DNA of 63,779 nucleotides, filler included, from Olpidium bornovanus S191 (Eukaryota; Fungi; Olpidiomycota): NCBI GenBank assembly GCA_017911155.1. It is 32 parts of 32 records of this genome, joined end to end, with 100 filler letters (N's around TTAATTAATTAA, not from the genome) between each part and the next. Parts side by side here need not be neighbours in the genome. Positions count along the whole stretch, not along the records: positions 1 to 1,889 come from JAEFCI010008035.1; positions 1,990 to 4,107 come from JAEFCI010005291.1; positions 4,208 to 5,591 come from JAEFCI010012537.1; positions 5,692 to 7,280 come from JAEFCI010003114.1; positions 7,381 to 9,230 come from JAEFCI010001166.1; positions 9,331 to 11,432 come from JAEFCI010007023.1; positions 11,533 to 14,153 come from JAEFCI010008890.1; 25 more parts are not named here. One strand, 5' to 3'. Shown piece by piece: positions 1 to 11,720 of this stretch (position 1 is its first letter; each line of letters starts with the position of its first letter). The notes under the pieces were generated by a model. It saw only the letters and a program-made list of their open reading frames with translations, ran no database searches and was not told where the DNA came from. The position numbers and the translations under genes were made by a program.

Positions 1-99
1 AGCGCGGCAGCGGCAACCCCGGCCGATACTTAGAACCCGTGTCCCCGCGCCGGAAACGCTGCCCGTTGCCTTTTCCGGGGGGGGGGTTTTTTTTTCCAG

Positions 100-509
100 G
101 TGTGTCGCGACGCGGCCATGATGTCCATGCGCAGGCGGATCCGCGGCCTGACTCCTAACGAAATCAAAGCGCTTTCGAAAGGTGCGGCAAGAGGAAACTC
201 GAGGTGTTCGGAGCGTGCCCCTGGCCCGGGTTTATTCGTCTGGCGACAACGCCGTTTCCTTTTTTTTTTTTTTTTTTTTTTTTGTTTGCCTTCTTTGTTA
301 TTTGTGCGACCGTCCGCCGGGATAACGCACTTTACAGTTTTCACGCACTGATAGGCCTGCCCAATGCATTTTCTTTTTTCGCAGAGGAGCTCGAGTTCCC
401 CATGACGAAAGACGATTTCGACCAGGCGCTGGTCAAGATCCAACCGTCCGTCTCGCAGGCGGATTTGAAACGCTTCAAGGCGTGGATGGACGAGTACGGG
501 AGCACGTGA
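100..509 (+). CDS. KATNA1: Katanin p60 AAA ATPase (microtubule severing), last two exons
   Basis: Exons 100-181 and 385-509 (GT-AG intron) give VCRDAAMMSMRRRIRGLTPNEIKALSK-EELEFPMTKDDFDQALVKIQPSVSQADLKRFKAWMDEYGST*, matching the katanin p60 C-terminus as I recall it ([21 protein letters not shown]...EKWIFEFGS). Confidence 0.9.
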
Positions 510-1889
510 CAAGTCCTCATCACCAGCTTGAAGGGGGGGAAGGGGGGAGGAGGGGCAATTCTTCCCGCCGTGAGGGGGGCTCCGTCCGGATTGGTTGCAC
601 GATGCCTGTTTAGAGAGAGATACACACCGCGGGTTGAAGTGGTGGACCGAGGACCTTCCTGGCGTGTCAGCTGGACCAGCGTTGTCAGCGAACACCGTCG
701 CAAACGTCTTCGCAGGCAGCTCCAAAGGCGTTGGCGGCCGGTCGAACCGTCGGTTGCCTTTGTGCTTTGGTAGGGAAATCAGTGGGCGGTTACGATAGAC
801 AGCGCCGGGCTTTGCAAGCAGCTCCAGTTCCAGGAGAGCGACCCTAAATGCCAAATCCGAGGTTCTGAATTCCACTCCTTCGTTCTCCTTTTCCGCTCGC
901 TCTTTCCCCCTGTCCTTTTTCTCCGAACCGCTTTCCAACGCTTTATCCGTTCTCTTCCCTTGTCTTCTTTTGGACTCGTTGCTCTACGCGTTTTTCTCGC
1001 TGCATGTTAGGCTAGGGGCGCCGACAGGTGATTCCTTTGGGGGATGGCCGGGCGTCCCCTATCTAAGAGGGTGTGCGACGCGTCCAAATGGCAACGTGCC
1101 CAGGTGGTGGGAGGGGGGGCCGTTCTCCCTAGCAACGGCTACCGCATTGGCTGGAATTCTATGCCCGGAATTTGGTTTTACGCTCTGTAACTTTGAAATT
1201 CCACCGTAGTTTGGAATTCCACCGTAGTGTCCGACACCTCTTGCTTTTCTTCACTACAGCGCACCCGCGGGCGCGGCCCCGGCAGCGATGGCCTTCGAAA
1301 ATGCGCCGATGACGGGCATTTTACAACGGCGAGGAGCGCGGCCGCGTCCCAGGACTTGCGCCACCCACACGTGCAGCAGGCGGAGATGATTGCGCCCGGC
1401 GCGCTTGGCGAGCGCGGGCGCCTCGACCAGCAGCGAATCCATCGGCTGGAACAGCCAGCCGGCAGAGCGCCACCACCGCGCGACCTGGCGAGAACGAAAG
1501 AGAAGAAGGCGGCCGCGAAAAGACGAGCTACGCGAGCGTCGGCTCCGGGCAGACCGCCAAACGGAGGTCGCGCCAGACATCAAAAGCTTCTAGTTGCAGT
1601 TGGTGAAAGCCTCGCGAGCCACGCCGCAAGCGCTGCCCCTGTTCAAGTCCCGTGACGGCGCCGGGCAGTTTCTCCCGAGGCAGAAGAAAGCTAACCGCGC
1701 CGTAGGCGCCTCCCCGGCCAATTCCGTTACAGTACCGGCAATCCTTCAGAAGCGGAAGAAAGCTCTCCGCGTTGCCTTGATGCATCCATATTCCGGCAAG
1801 GAAAATTACATTATTTACATTACATTACAAATAATATATAATATATCACAAGTTCAAACCTGATTTGCACGAGTTCAAACCTGTGCATG

Positions 1890-1989
1890 NNNNNNNNNNN
1901 NNNNNNNNNNNNNNNNNNNNNNNNNNNNNNNNNTTAATTAATTAANNNNNNNNNNNNNNNNNNNNNNNNNNNNNNNNNNNNNNNNNNNN
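1890..1989. other. Artificial contig linker N44-TTAATTAATTAA-N44 (first of 31 identical linkers)
   Basis: Identical 100-bp block; TTAATTAATTAA gives stops in all six frames. Further copies start at 4108, 5592, 7281, 9231, 11433, 14154, 17392, 18825, 20986, 23554, 25074, 27155, 30120, 31435, 32648, 35493, 36620, 40224, 41360, 43451, 45813, 48259, 50202, 51862, 53534, 55197, 56840, 59707, 60882, 62278. Confidence 0.99.
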
Positions 1990-3790
1990 CCGGCGAAGGG
2001 CCAGCAACGTCGAGTACAGAAACAGTTTCTGGTGCAAACCGGCCTTTATCACGAAGTCAACGTTCGGGCTGTCGTACATCTCGTTACACACGCGCGTGAT
2101 GATTGTCATGGTCACTCTCGGTGTTTCGCGGCCGTCGTCGCCCGATCCATCCCGCTCCATATCGCGAGCCTCAGCCTCCACGATCTCGACCGCTCGCCTG
2201 AAGGGCGGGGCACGTCACGATGCAGGGGAATTCGGATCTTCTAAACGGGCACCGTATCGGCCAACTTGTGAAGCGGAACCGGAAAACTCGACGGGCTCGG
2301 GCCGGTCGGTTTCCTACCTGCATATGTCCAGGGCCCGCCTGGCATCGCCGGATACCGCACTGACTTTCCGCGCACAAAACATGACCGCTTCAGGATCAAA
2401 GACGCTGATCCCCCTGAGGCGGGACGACACGATCTTGTTGAGTTGCTCGAAATCGTAAGTTGGAAAGCAGATTCGCGTCAAACCTGGAGTTTTGAATCGG
2501 GTTTTCGCAAAGTTCTAGCGTCCGGAGATTGCGCTTTCCCACAAGGCGAGCATGTTCCCGCCAGCTGGTTTTAGCAGAAAGTAAAACGCACCCAGCCGAC
2601 TCGAGACCTTGTTGCTCAGCACCCTCTCCGGTAAATCCATCGTGTTGGCGACGGCGAGAACGACCAGGTGGGCGTGCGGCCTGCTGGGCCACTCAAAGAA
2701 GTTGTACATGATATCCTGTTTCTTGGTGACCAGGAGGTCCAACTCGTCCATGAGGACAACACTGTGGGCCACCTCGCGGACAAAAAAATAAGTAAGCCGC
2801 GCGTCCTCGCAGAAGAGAACGGAAAGTTGGTTTGAAGCGGAAGCGGCGGGCGGGGGGAGCGGGTGGAGGGATGGAAGGGAAGGGGGGTTGGGGGGTAAAA
2901 TAAGTATTAAAAAAAGAAACAGAAAGGAAAGAAGGAAATTACCAGGATCGCCGCCGGCGCCGCCCCGGCGTGCTGAAGTGTCGAGCCAGCAAGTCGACTG
3001 CGTGCGCCGCGGTGACCCGCTGTCCGGATATGGCCTCCCACAGCTGGATGTAGGCCTGGGCGGGCTCAGTGAGCTTCATGCCGTTTATCTCGACGAACTG
3101 GAACGGCGGCACGTCCTTTTTGTCCGGACGGGGTGGCGGAAAATTTTCCGCGGGGTAAACGGGCCGTCCAGTCACTTGGAACGGTCAAAGAGCACACGCA
3201 CGCGGCTGTTTCGAGAGTGGGTGGGTTTCCCTCACACCTTTTCCTCAGCCATGGCATGCAGCGTCCGGATGGCTTCGCGGACAGTTGCGGTTTTGCCCGT
3301 GCCAGGGACGCCCGATATGTCTGTTGCGGCCAAAAAAGAGAGGAAAGATGAACACGCGGGTGAGCGAAGACGGTAAACGGAGAGAGCTGTGCGTTCCAAG
3401 TCCCCCTCCTTTCTTTCTCTCCCTCTCTCTCTCTCCCTTCCCCCCCCCCTCCCTGCTCTCCGAGCGCGCCCGAGTGGGGAAGGCCGGAAGGGTGGGCCGT
3501 TAAAGCGGGGGCGGCGTCCGGAAAACATTTTCTTCTTTTTCGTTTTTCCAGACACACAGATGCACGCGCCCGTGGCCTCGAGCAAGGCGCTTTGGAGGTG
3601 GTTGAGGACATCGGCGAACTCGTTCTCGCGGCACGGCAGGGAGTCCGGCACGGCCGAGACGTGCAGCCTCTCGCGCGCCTGCTCGAAGCCGTTCCGCGGC
3701 CCGCCCCTCGCCTCGGACCGCGTCGGAAGGGGCGCGGAGCGGACCATATGAGGTTGGACGTGGTCGTCGGACGGGGCGTTGCGTGACCGG
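1990..3790 (-). CDS. ORC1: Origin recognition complex subunit 1, AAA+ domain fragment (6 exons)
   Basis: Exons about 3790-3558, 3320-3238, about 3115-2943, 2761-2592, 2483-2318, 2197-1990. Motifs: [21 protein letters not shown], Walker [21 protein letters not shown], Walker [34 protein letters not shown]. 5' boundary uncertain. Confidence 0.95.
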
Positions 3791-4207
3791 TTCTACAGTG
3801 CGCCGGAGAGGGCAAAAAGAAAAAGGGCGCCGGGTTTGAGGGGTGGGCAGGGGAGCGGCGCATTTGGCAAAAATTCGAGGCTTCTGGTGACACTGAGAAG
3901 ACAGGAACGACGGGAAATTCGCGACGGCGCGGATCCTGCCCATTTCCTTCCTCCCCACCTCACCTCCCTCCCCCGAGATTACGCCCAGAATGGGCCGCGC
4001 TTTTTTGATGCTCGGAAACGTAATGTCTGGCCTCTCTGCCGCTCCGCGACTGTGGACCGAGCTGCTCGATGTTCCGGTCTTTCTGCTGTGGCATCACGGT
4101 GTCATGANNNNNNNNNNNNNNNNNNNNNNNNNNNNNNNNNNNNNNNNNNNNTTAATTAATTAANNNNNNNNNNNNNNNNNNNNNNNNNNNNNNNNNNNNN
4201 NNNNNNN

Positions 4208-5579
4208 CATGTGCTCCTCTACGCTTTCGGTTACGACGGAGGGGCAGGACGTCGAGCGGAGGTAAACGCTGCCCCGGCGCGTGTGCACTTCCGGCCGGCT
4301 CTTCTCGACCTTGTTGCCCCAAATCTGCTGCTCGATCCAGTTCACGCTCCGCACCGCCAACCGCGCGGCCCGGACGCGGTCAAGCGGAGAGGGCGTGCCG
4401 CCCTGCTGCGTGTGGCCGAGGACGGCGGTCCGCGCGTCAAACAGGCCGCGGCCTTCCTCCTTGATGATGTTCGTGACGATCTCCGTGGTATAGGTGTGCG
4501 AGGTGTTCTCGCAGCTGCAAAATCACGCGCCAGACCGTCAGGTCCCGTTCCCCACAAGATTGACGTCAGGGGAGCGCCACGACCTACCGGAGGATGATTC
4601 GCCCTTCGCTGTTACCTGGGGGTTCAGTGCTGTACCTCTTCACCAGATGGGCGATGTCGTTTTGAAGGCGACGTAAAGAAAGACCCTCTTCAGGGATATA
4701 GATCGAGGTGGCTCCGGCCTGGTTCGAAATTTTTGAAAAAAAAAATACTAATTAGGGCTGCGTCCGGGATGCCGGTCCACCGTCAACCGGCGAACATACC
4801 GCGAGTCCAGCCAGCGTCGCGAGGTATCCGCACCGGCCGCCCTGCGTCTCGACGACGAAAACCCTCCTGCGACTGGCCGTGGCGCTCTGCTTGATTCGAT
4901 CGCAGCTCTCCACGATCGCGTTGAGCGCAGTGTCCGAACCGACGGAGTATTCGGTCCCCGGCACGTTGTTCGACACCGTGGCCGGGAGCACGATCATGGG
5001 GATGCAGAGCGACGGGTACGACGGCCGAGCTTTTTCTAGCTGTACGACTGCGGTGAACGCCTCAAAGCCGCCGATAACAACGAGGCCGCTGATGTTGTGT
5101 CGCTGGAGCTGGTACGCGCACATGCCGATGTCCATGTCCGGCTGCGCGCGGTTCGTGCCCAGCTCGCAGCCGCCTTTGGTCATCCAGGACTCGACTTCCA
5201 GCCACTTGAGCGGGGTGACGTCACCGGCAATGAGGCCCGGCACGCCGTTGCGGATCGCGAGCGGCGTGTGGCCGCGGTTGAGGCACAGGCGTGCGATCGT
5301 CCTGGAAGCGGCGTTCATGCCGCCGGCCGGGGCGCCCACGTGCATGATGGCGATGCGGAGGCGCTGAGGGAATCCGATGGCGGCGAAGGTGAGGAAAGGC
5401 GCCGGCAACATAACGTCAAACTTTGCGAACGTCCGTCCTACCATGTGGCCCGGAATTTCCTGATTTTCCATCATGTTCATCGCCTGATTCGCTTCATACG
5501 TGGAAGCAAATTCAGGGTCGCGAAGCTCCATTGCCAAATCGAAATCCTTGGCTTCGACCGCTTTGGCGACCGCGTGGGT
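4208..5579 (-). CDS. PFK1: 6-phosphofructokinase, C-terminal (regulatory) half fragment
   Basis: Spliced exons give AMELRDPEF, RIAIMHVGAPAGGMNAA, GGCELGTNR, IGGFEAF, PATVSNNVPGTEYSVGSDTALN, FVVETQGGRCGYLA, ARTAVLGHTQQGGTPSPLDR. Alpha versus beta subunit not resolvable. Confidence 0.96.
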
Positions 5580-6235
5580 CTAGAATTGATCNNNNNNNNN
5601 NNNNNNNNNNNNNNNNNNNNNNNNNNNNNNNNNNNTTAATTAATTAANNNNNNNNNNNNNNNNNNNNNNNNNNNNNNNNNNNNNNNNNNNNCATGTAATA
5701 TAAGATATATTATTTTCTTTCTCTCGCCCTCCCGGGCTCTTCGCGGATTGCCAAAGGTTGTGCTAGCAGCTGCCCAACACGCCCGCAGAATTTCGAGTTT
5801 GCGGGAGAGCTCGCTCGCGCGGCGCGGCGCGGCGCGAGGCCGTCGGACCGGGCGTGCTGTGGACGCGCGCGCGAAACGGCGGGCTATTCCGTTTTCGCCG
5901 CCGAGACAAAAAAAAAAACCATCCGACGGTCTAATTACTCTCCAGGCGCAATATTTTTTTTTTGAAGTCAAGGGAAAGGGGGGGGGGGGGGGGGGGGGGG
6001 GGGAGGGGGGGGGGGGGGGGGGGGGGGGGGCCAAAGAATTCGGGCGTGGGGTGCTTGATAATTTTATTTCCCGGGAGGTCTACACAAGACGGCGGTCGCG
6101 TTTCGCTGGCGCGGCAGCCGCGCCCGCCTGTTTTAAACGCGCGTGACGGAAAAACGTTTCGCGGGGCCTGCGCCCGTGCCGCGCGACGCTCACCGGGTGA
6201 AAAGGGCGGGGGAGCCGACGGGTCAAACGCGCAGA

Positions 6236-7280
6236 TCAGCCGGCCTTCGCGGCCCCCGCGCCGAAATTCTTGAGGCGGACGGCGAGGGTCCTGATGACCC
6301 CGCCGGCGTCTTCGGGGTCCATGTCGCCGAGGTCGTCCATGCTGCTCTGCTCCGGGTTGTACAGCTTTGTGGCGCGGCTCTCGCGGCCGAGCACGGCGAC
6401 GCCGCCCTTGTAGAGCTTCACCGTCACGGACCCGGTCACCGTGGCCTGGCTGGCCTCGGACGCGGCGGCGAGCACCCGGCGCTCCGGGCTGAAGTACAGG
6501 CCGTTGTAGAACAGGCCCGCCAGCTGCGGCGTCACCGTCGTGTCCCGCGTCTTCCGCACCTGCCCGTCCATCGCCAGCCCCTCGAGGTCCATGTGCGCCG
6601 CCCGCAGGACGGTGCCTCCGGGCGTCTCGTAGCACCCGCGCGACTTGATCCCGATGAACCGGTTCTCGACAATGTCGATCCGGCCCACCCCGTGCCGGCG
6701 CGCCGCGTTGTTGACGTACTCGAAGAGGGCGAGCGGGCCCGTGCGGACTATGAGAAAAAAAATCATAAAAATGAAAAAAGCGAACGGCCGTCTCCTTAAG
6801 GTCTCGTCGTTGTCCCCACCGCCGGCATCGCACCCGACGCCGCCGCTTACCGGCAGAGTCGCCCAAGTTTTCGACCTTGACAGGTATCCCGCGCTCGAAG
6901 TGGATGGTCTGGGAAAAGCGAAAGCGAAAAGGTAAGAGGGCCCGTGTCCGCACCGCGCGGAATCTACGGACAACCGCGGCCGCATAAAAAAGGGACGCTT
7001 TGCCCCCCCCCACCCCCTCCCCCCCCTTCTTCTTCCCCCCAACCCACCAGCGTCTCCGGCGAGTCGGGAGCGTCCTCCGGGTCGACAGTCATTTTCCAAA
7101 GGTCCTTGGGCGGCGTGAACGACGGGTCTTCGAGGGGCCCGCCCTCGTAGGACGTGTGGAACATGTTCTCGTCGACGGACCACGGCTTGGCGGCGGTCTG
7201 GACGACCGGAATGCGCTTCTCCTTGGCGTAGGCGAGGAGGTCACTCCGGCCGCGGAACGTGTTGAAGAACTCGGGGTCGC
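6236..7280 (-). CDS. ARG1: Argininosuccinate synthase, C-terminal fragment with stop
   Basis: PWSVDENMFHTSYEGGPLEDP, GVGRIDIVENRFIGIKSRGCYETPGGTVL, YNGLYFSPE, VTGSVTVKLYKG; three exons, stop at 6236-6238. Confidence 0.97.
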
Positions 7281-7380
7281 NNNNNNNNNNNNNNNNNNNN
7301 NNNNNNNNNNNNNNNNNNNNNNNNTTAATTAATTAANNNNNNNNNNNNNNNNNNNNNNNNNNNNNNNNNNNNNNNNNNNN

Positions 7381-9230
7381 ACTCCAGAGCTAGACTCGTG
7401 AAATACAATCTCCAGATAGCACAAGAGCGCAGATTACGTACTTCACGTGTTACATTCACCATCCACACGCACCGCTCCGACCTGGGCGGAGAGTTCATGA
7501 GGGATGCATATCAAATGATGCTGCGGAACCGCATCGAAACTACCGTGCGTGAAACCCCGCAGCAAAATGGAGTCGCCGAGCTCCTCAACAGGACGCTCGG
7601 GAACGAGTGAGGGCGACCATGGTGGCTGCGCGACTGCCTGCACAATTAAGAAGAAGAAGTCGCCATTGCCTGCTGCCCAACGCAAGCAGCGCTTTTGCGC
7701 CAGGCGGCGTTTTTCCGCTGGACAGTGGTTTTCCGCGGGCGCCGGGAGGCGATTTTTCCGCCGGGCGGCGCTTTGCGCCGGAAAAAAAAAAAAAAAAAAA
7801 AAAAAAAGGGGGACGACGCCACACGGACGCTCCCCCCAGAACCGCCTTCCTCTTGCCGGGCCACGCGGGCGCAGAACCCCTCCTTCCTCCGAGACTCCTC
7901 TGAGACTCCGAGACTCCTCCGAGACTCCGAGACCCCTTTCCTCGAGACCTCCTTCCGAAGAAAGCGCCGCGTGACCATGGACGCGGCCAAGGGGGACGCG
8001 CCGGCGGCCAAGGGGCCGCGTGAGCCACAGGGGCGGCAGAGGCGGCCGCGACGGCGGCTGCTTGAACCATGGAGGCGGCCGCGTGAACCGCGCAGGCGGC
8101 CAAGGAAGCCGCGACGGCGGCTGCGTGACCATGGAGGCGGCCAAGGTGGCCGCGCCGGTGACCGCGTGAACCATGGTTGACGGTGACGGCGACCGCGTGA
8201 GTGCAAACGGCGGGCCTCGTGAACGCCACGCGTCAACCGTCAACCGCCGTCAACCATGGGCAAAGGACCATGGGCATGGCACAACCGTCAACCATGGTGC
8301 CAAGGTTGGGCAACGGTGGTGAGCATAAATAGCAAGCCCCACTCGTTGCAGGGTTGTTTTTCCTTTCCCACCTTCGCAAAAGGAAAACCCAACACAAAAG
8401 CTAGAATAGCAAGCGCCAAGTCGCGAATACTTTTTCCCTGTTCTTGTACTTCTACTTCTCCAATAAAAGCGAAAAGAAAAGACAAAGACTCCTAAAAGAT
8501 GTCTACTTGCAATTTGCACGGCTCTGTGATGAGGTGTGGGGTGTGATGGTTTTACCTTTATAACAGTTCTCCCCACAAGCACCTTGATGGTGGAATACCG
8601 CACCTAGAGTTCCACGGGGATGACCGCATCAATGTCGACAACCTCCACGTCATAGGAAGCGTGGCATACTCGCATACATTGAAGGAAGAACGTGACGTAA
8701 CCATGGGCAAGATTGCACCAGCTGCCGAAAAACTCGTTGTGGTTGGCTACTCTGGGACGAGCAAAGTTTATCGGCTCTGGGACCCGAGGAGCGACCGAGT
8801 TGTTGAGCGCTTCGACGTCACCATCAATGAAGCAAAGCTTTTTGATCCCGCGGACTTCGGATTAGCAGAGGACGTGACCTCAACCTCGGACACCTGGGAC
8901 GCCAAACTGACTGTTCCCCAGAAGGCCAAGAAAATAGTCTCCTACCAATACAAGACGGGAGGGAAACTACTGCTCAAGGTGCAATGAGCGGACGGCACCA
9001 CTATATGGGAGAATGCGGAAGCAACCGGACAGCCAAGTACGGCAAGGGAATTCTGCCGTACGCACGGCCTCCCGGTGCCTGAGGCCATAGCAGTGATACG
9101 TGAGGCCCCCATGGAAGAAGCGGAAGGCAACATTGCAGCGCAAGCCGAAGTTGTGCAAAGTTTCCCAAAGGAACTGACCTGCTACCACGAAGCGATGCAG
9201 AGCTCGGAATCAACCCAATGGCTAAAAGCT
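7381..9230 (+). mobile_element. Degenerate Ty1/copia pol fragment (integrase core, SH3-like region, start of RT), split by an insertion
   Basis: RSDLGGEF...TPQQNGVAELLNRTL (7470-7605); VRATMVAARLPA / RLCDEVWGVMV-YLYNSSP...LHVIGSVAY; VVVGYSGTSKVYRLWDPRSDRVVERFDVTINE (8730-8830); ELTCYHEAMQSSESTQWLKA (RT start). Several frameshifts. Confidence 0.9.
7644..8514. mobile_element. 871-bp insertion (solo-LTR-like or non-autonomous element) with 5-bp TSD TGCAC
   Basis: TGCAC at 7639-7643 and 8515-8519. Removing the insert and one copy restores in-frame CTG CCT GCA CGG CTC TGT GAT GAG (LPARLCDE). Insert begins and ends with AATT and contains GCATAAATAGC (8323-8333) and AATAAA (8462-8467). Confidence 0.8.
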
Positions 9231-9488
9231 NNNNNNNNNNNNNNNNNNNNNNNNNNNNNNNNNNNNNNNNNNNNTTAATTAATTAANNNNNNNNNNNNNN
9301 NNNNNNNNNNNNNNNNNNNNNNNNNNNNNNACACCAGTTAACATTCCGGTCTGCCCCCGACTCACCGCGCCAATCGCGTTGCTTACAGCAACGGGCTGCT
9401 GTGTCTGACCGGGGCGAGAGCCGCTCTGAAAGGGACTCCGGGTAGGCCATGGGGGGTTTTCTTAAGTCCGTGCTTTGCGTTTTTGTAG

Positions 9489-10104
9489 GTCCCGACTTAT
9501 CAGCAATTTCTGCTAATCGAGCACATTCGTGACACCGAAGGAATGATCGGCTACGGAATGGTCAAGGCTGCTGTTTTCCATCTGGTCTCATCGCTCTCGT
9601 CGGAAGGCTCCGGTCTGCCAAAAGGGTCAAAGGTCGTCGCCATACTCCCGTAGGTGGTGTGTCCTCCTCGGTTTATAGAATTTGGAGAAGAAAGGAGATG
9701 CTCGTCGAAAGCGTTTGGTCCAGATTTCTTTTGGTAAAGCTGTGGTCTTTCAGCGTCACGATCGACACGCCCATGAACAGGAAGGCGATGCCTGATGCCG
9801 ACAGGTCGACGTGGACGCCGCTCGACGTGATCGCGGGGTACGTCAGGCACTGAGCATGCCAAAAAAGAAAAAAAATGTCCCGCCCGAGATTCTTCAAATC
9901 GTTTCTGCAAGCAATTCGGTGCTGTGCTCTTCTCTTGTTGAAAACGGCCAGCTTGAATTTTCTTTTTGACTTCCGTCAAAATACGAAAGAAAATTTGTCG
10001 AATGGGCGACGGACACGACCGGCACCGTTCCCAAAACCGCCCGGCTTATCGAAGTGATCACCGAGAACGGACAGACCAAGTTCGTCGAGGCCTCTCGCTC
10101 TTAG
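9489..10104 (+). CDS. Hypothetical protein, 3' exons
   Basis: Coding-like segments bounded by AG/GT: [25 protein letters not shown]...GSKVVAILP; [17 protein letters not shown]...LDVIAG (donor GTACGT); ...[34 protein letters not shown]. Family not recognised. Confidence 0.35.
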
Positions 10105-10329
10105 CGGTCCGAGATCCCCTCGGACGACTTTCAGGGTGAGTGGGAATGGGTTTGCCGTTCGGGTTATTTTTAATATCGGGCGCAGTGCACCCTGCAAATT
10201 GGGTTTGACGTTCTTTGCCCATCCGTTTGCCGTCGCTTCCGTCAGCAGCCGGCGACGGACAAAAACATAAAGAAACAGGAAAAAAAGAAAAAGGAAAAAA
10301 AAGAGAAAGAATAAATGCGTCAAAAGTCA

Positions 10330-10580
10330 CCAGCGAGGACCCCGTGTTTCTGATTTGCCAGGTCTTGCGGGCGCGCGTGTTCCAACAATAGAGCGTTGCA
10401 AACCTGGGGGATGGGGGACGTGGCGGCTGTGCTGCAAAATGAATAGCGCGTGCTTCGAGTGGGGGGATAATACTCCGTTGTTTACTGGTGCCGGTTCTGG
10501 CCCCATGTGTAAGCCTGTGCGCGAAGTTGATGGCCTCCCCTGGTCGGTTTTGGTTGGGGAGAAAATAGACGGGCGTACAT
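10330..10580 (-). mobile_element. Possible highly decayed Ty3/gypsy integrase zinc-binding region
   Basis: Across frameshifts: EAINFAHRLTHGARTGT (H-X3-H-G-like), EYYPP, QVCNAL, GVLAGDF. Weak resemblance only. Confidence 0.3.
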
Positions 10581-11532
10581 CAAATCTCGTCCTTCACATT
10601 GCTCGTTGGATCGGTCCTCGGAAATCAAGCTTTTGTCTAACAGCGGAGCATCAGATGAACTCGGAACGTCGGAGGTTCCACAGGATCGAGGAAAGTTCGC
10701 AAGTCCCACGCGGCGCAATGCCCGACCACAAGATTGGTCCATGCGGGCGTAGCTGCAGGCTGATCGCCCTGGTTGTCCGGATTGCCACCCTTTTGCTTTT
10801 AGCAATAACATGGAACAGCGCGTGTCGGTGACGGGATAGCACAAACCTGTCCAACTCCACCTGCCACAAGTTCGGTGGCCGGTTGGCTGTCGACGCGTTC
10901 CACGTATCGAGTCTCCTGCGAAAGGTTCGTCGTCACGGCTACGCATGCGCGCTTCCAATCCTTCCGGTCGACAGCCCTCTTGACGACGCTCCGTAAAGGC
11001 ATTAATCGGCTTTCAATGGCGCACGAAATGGGAACGCTGTGATGGGGGGAAATACACTTGAAGCCGAAAGAGTTTGAGATGCTAAGGCGTTTGCCGTCTG
11101 CTTAAGCATGTTATCCGATTCGTAGCGAGGGTCGCCCTGGAGTGCCTTCGGCAGACATTGTCAGCAGCAGCGCCCGCCGGGCGATGCTCCGCATGACGGA
11201 GAAGTCGCAACTTGCTCTTGATCCCAGGCTGACAGTTCTGCGGTCAACCACGGCACCATCGCGGTCGCTCTTCCTCGTCGGTCTCAGCGCTAGACTCGCT
11301 TTCGGCCGTCGCATGACCAGCGTAGTGTCCTCTTCAACAAAGCCGACGTCTCGTGGGCGCGCTTCCCTCCGCGATATTTTTTTGATTAGACTTTTTAAAC
11401 TGGCGGCGCCGGTGTGTCTCAACAAAAAGCTCNNNNNNNNNNNNNNNNNNNNNNNNNNNNNNNNNNNNNNNNNNNNTTAATTAATTAANNNNNNNNNNNN
11501 NNNNNNNNNNNNNNNNNNNNNNNNNNNNNNNN

Positions 11533-11720
11533 CATGAACCCGATGTTGACGTTCCGGATGCCGTGCCCCCTGCAGAGGTTGCCGTACTCCGCGTGACAGG
11601 TCGGGGCGGCCGGAACGGAGTGGTAGGAGCAGTAGCCGGGCCACAGCAGGGACCGAAGAAACACGACGGAGCCGGCGCTGAAACCGGGCCTTCCGCGGTA
11701 CGCCGGCACGGACCAAACGC
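11533..11720 (-). CDS. RSPH9: Radial spoke head protein 9 (flagellar axoneme), last exon
   Basis: After an AAG acceptor: GVWSV...GSVVFLRSLLWPGYCSYH...YGNLCRGHGIRNVNIGFM, cut by the contig end. Matches the recalled RSPH9 C-terminus GSWS...VVLRSLLWPG..FYH...YG.VYVGTGEKNMDLPFML*. Confidence 0.85.

Noticed and set aside
30-938. Long ORFs in the six-frame track with poly-K, poly-F, poly-P or poly-G and RE repeats (also 23882-25129, 60934-61959, 61579-62325)
   Set aside because: They are translations of homopolymers and microsatellites, or antisense to real exons, in stop-poor GC-rich DNA.
1254-1583. Possible convergent gene downstream of katanin
   Set aside because: No recognisable motif or clear splice structure.
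1851-1883. Two AGTTCAAACCTG copies resembling Pol III B-boxes
   Set aside because: No A-box or cloverleaf visible, and the contig ends 6 bp later; only a 12-bp repeat can be supported.
1934-1945. TTAATTAATTAA as a biological repeat or CRISPR-like array
   Set aside because: Always centred in exactly 44+44 N; it is a six-frame stop linker added by software.
7639-8518. Reading the insertion as a canonical TG..CA solo LTR (TGCACAATT...AATTTGCA)
   Set aside because: With those ends the flanks (CTGCC and CGGCT) give no TSD; the 7644-8514 boundaries give a perfect TSD and restore the frame.
9489-9650. Cystathionine beta-synthase or cysteine synthase call from GSKVVAILP
   Set aside because: The flanking sequence does not follow the PLP-enzyme consensus (no GGSxG, no DSxxxY).
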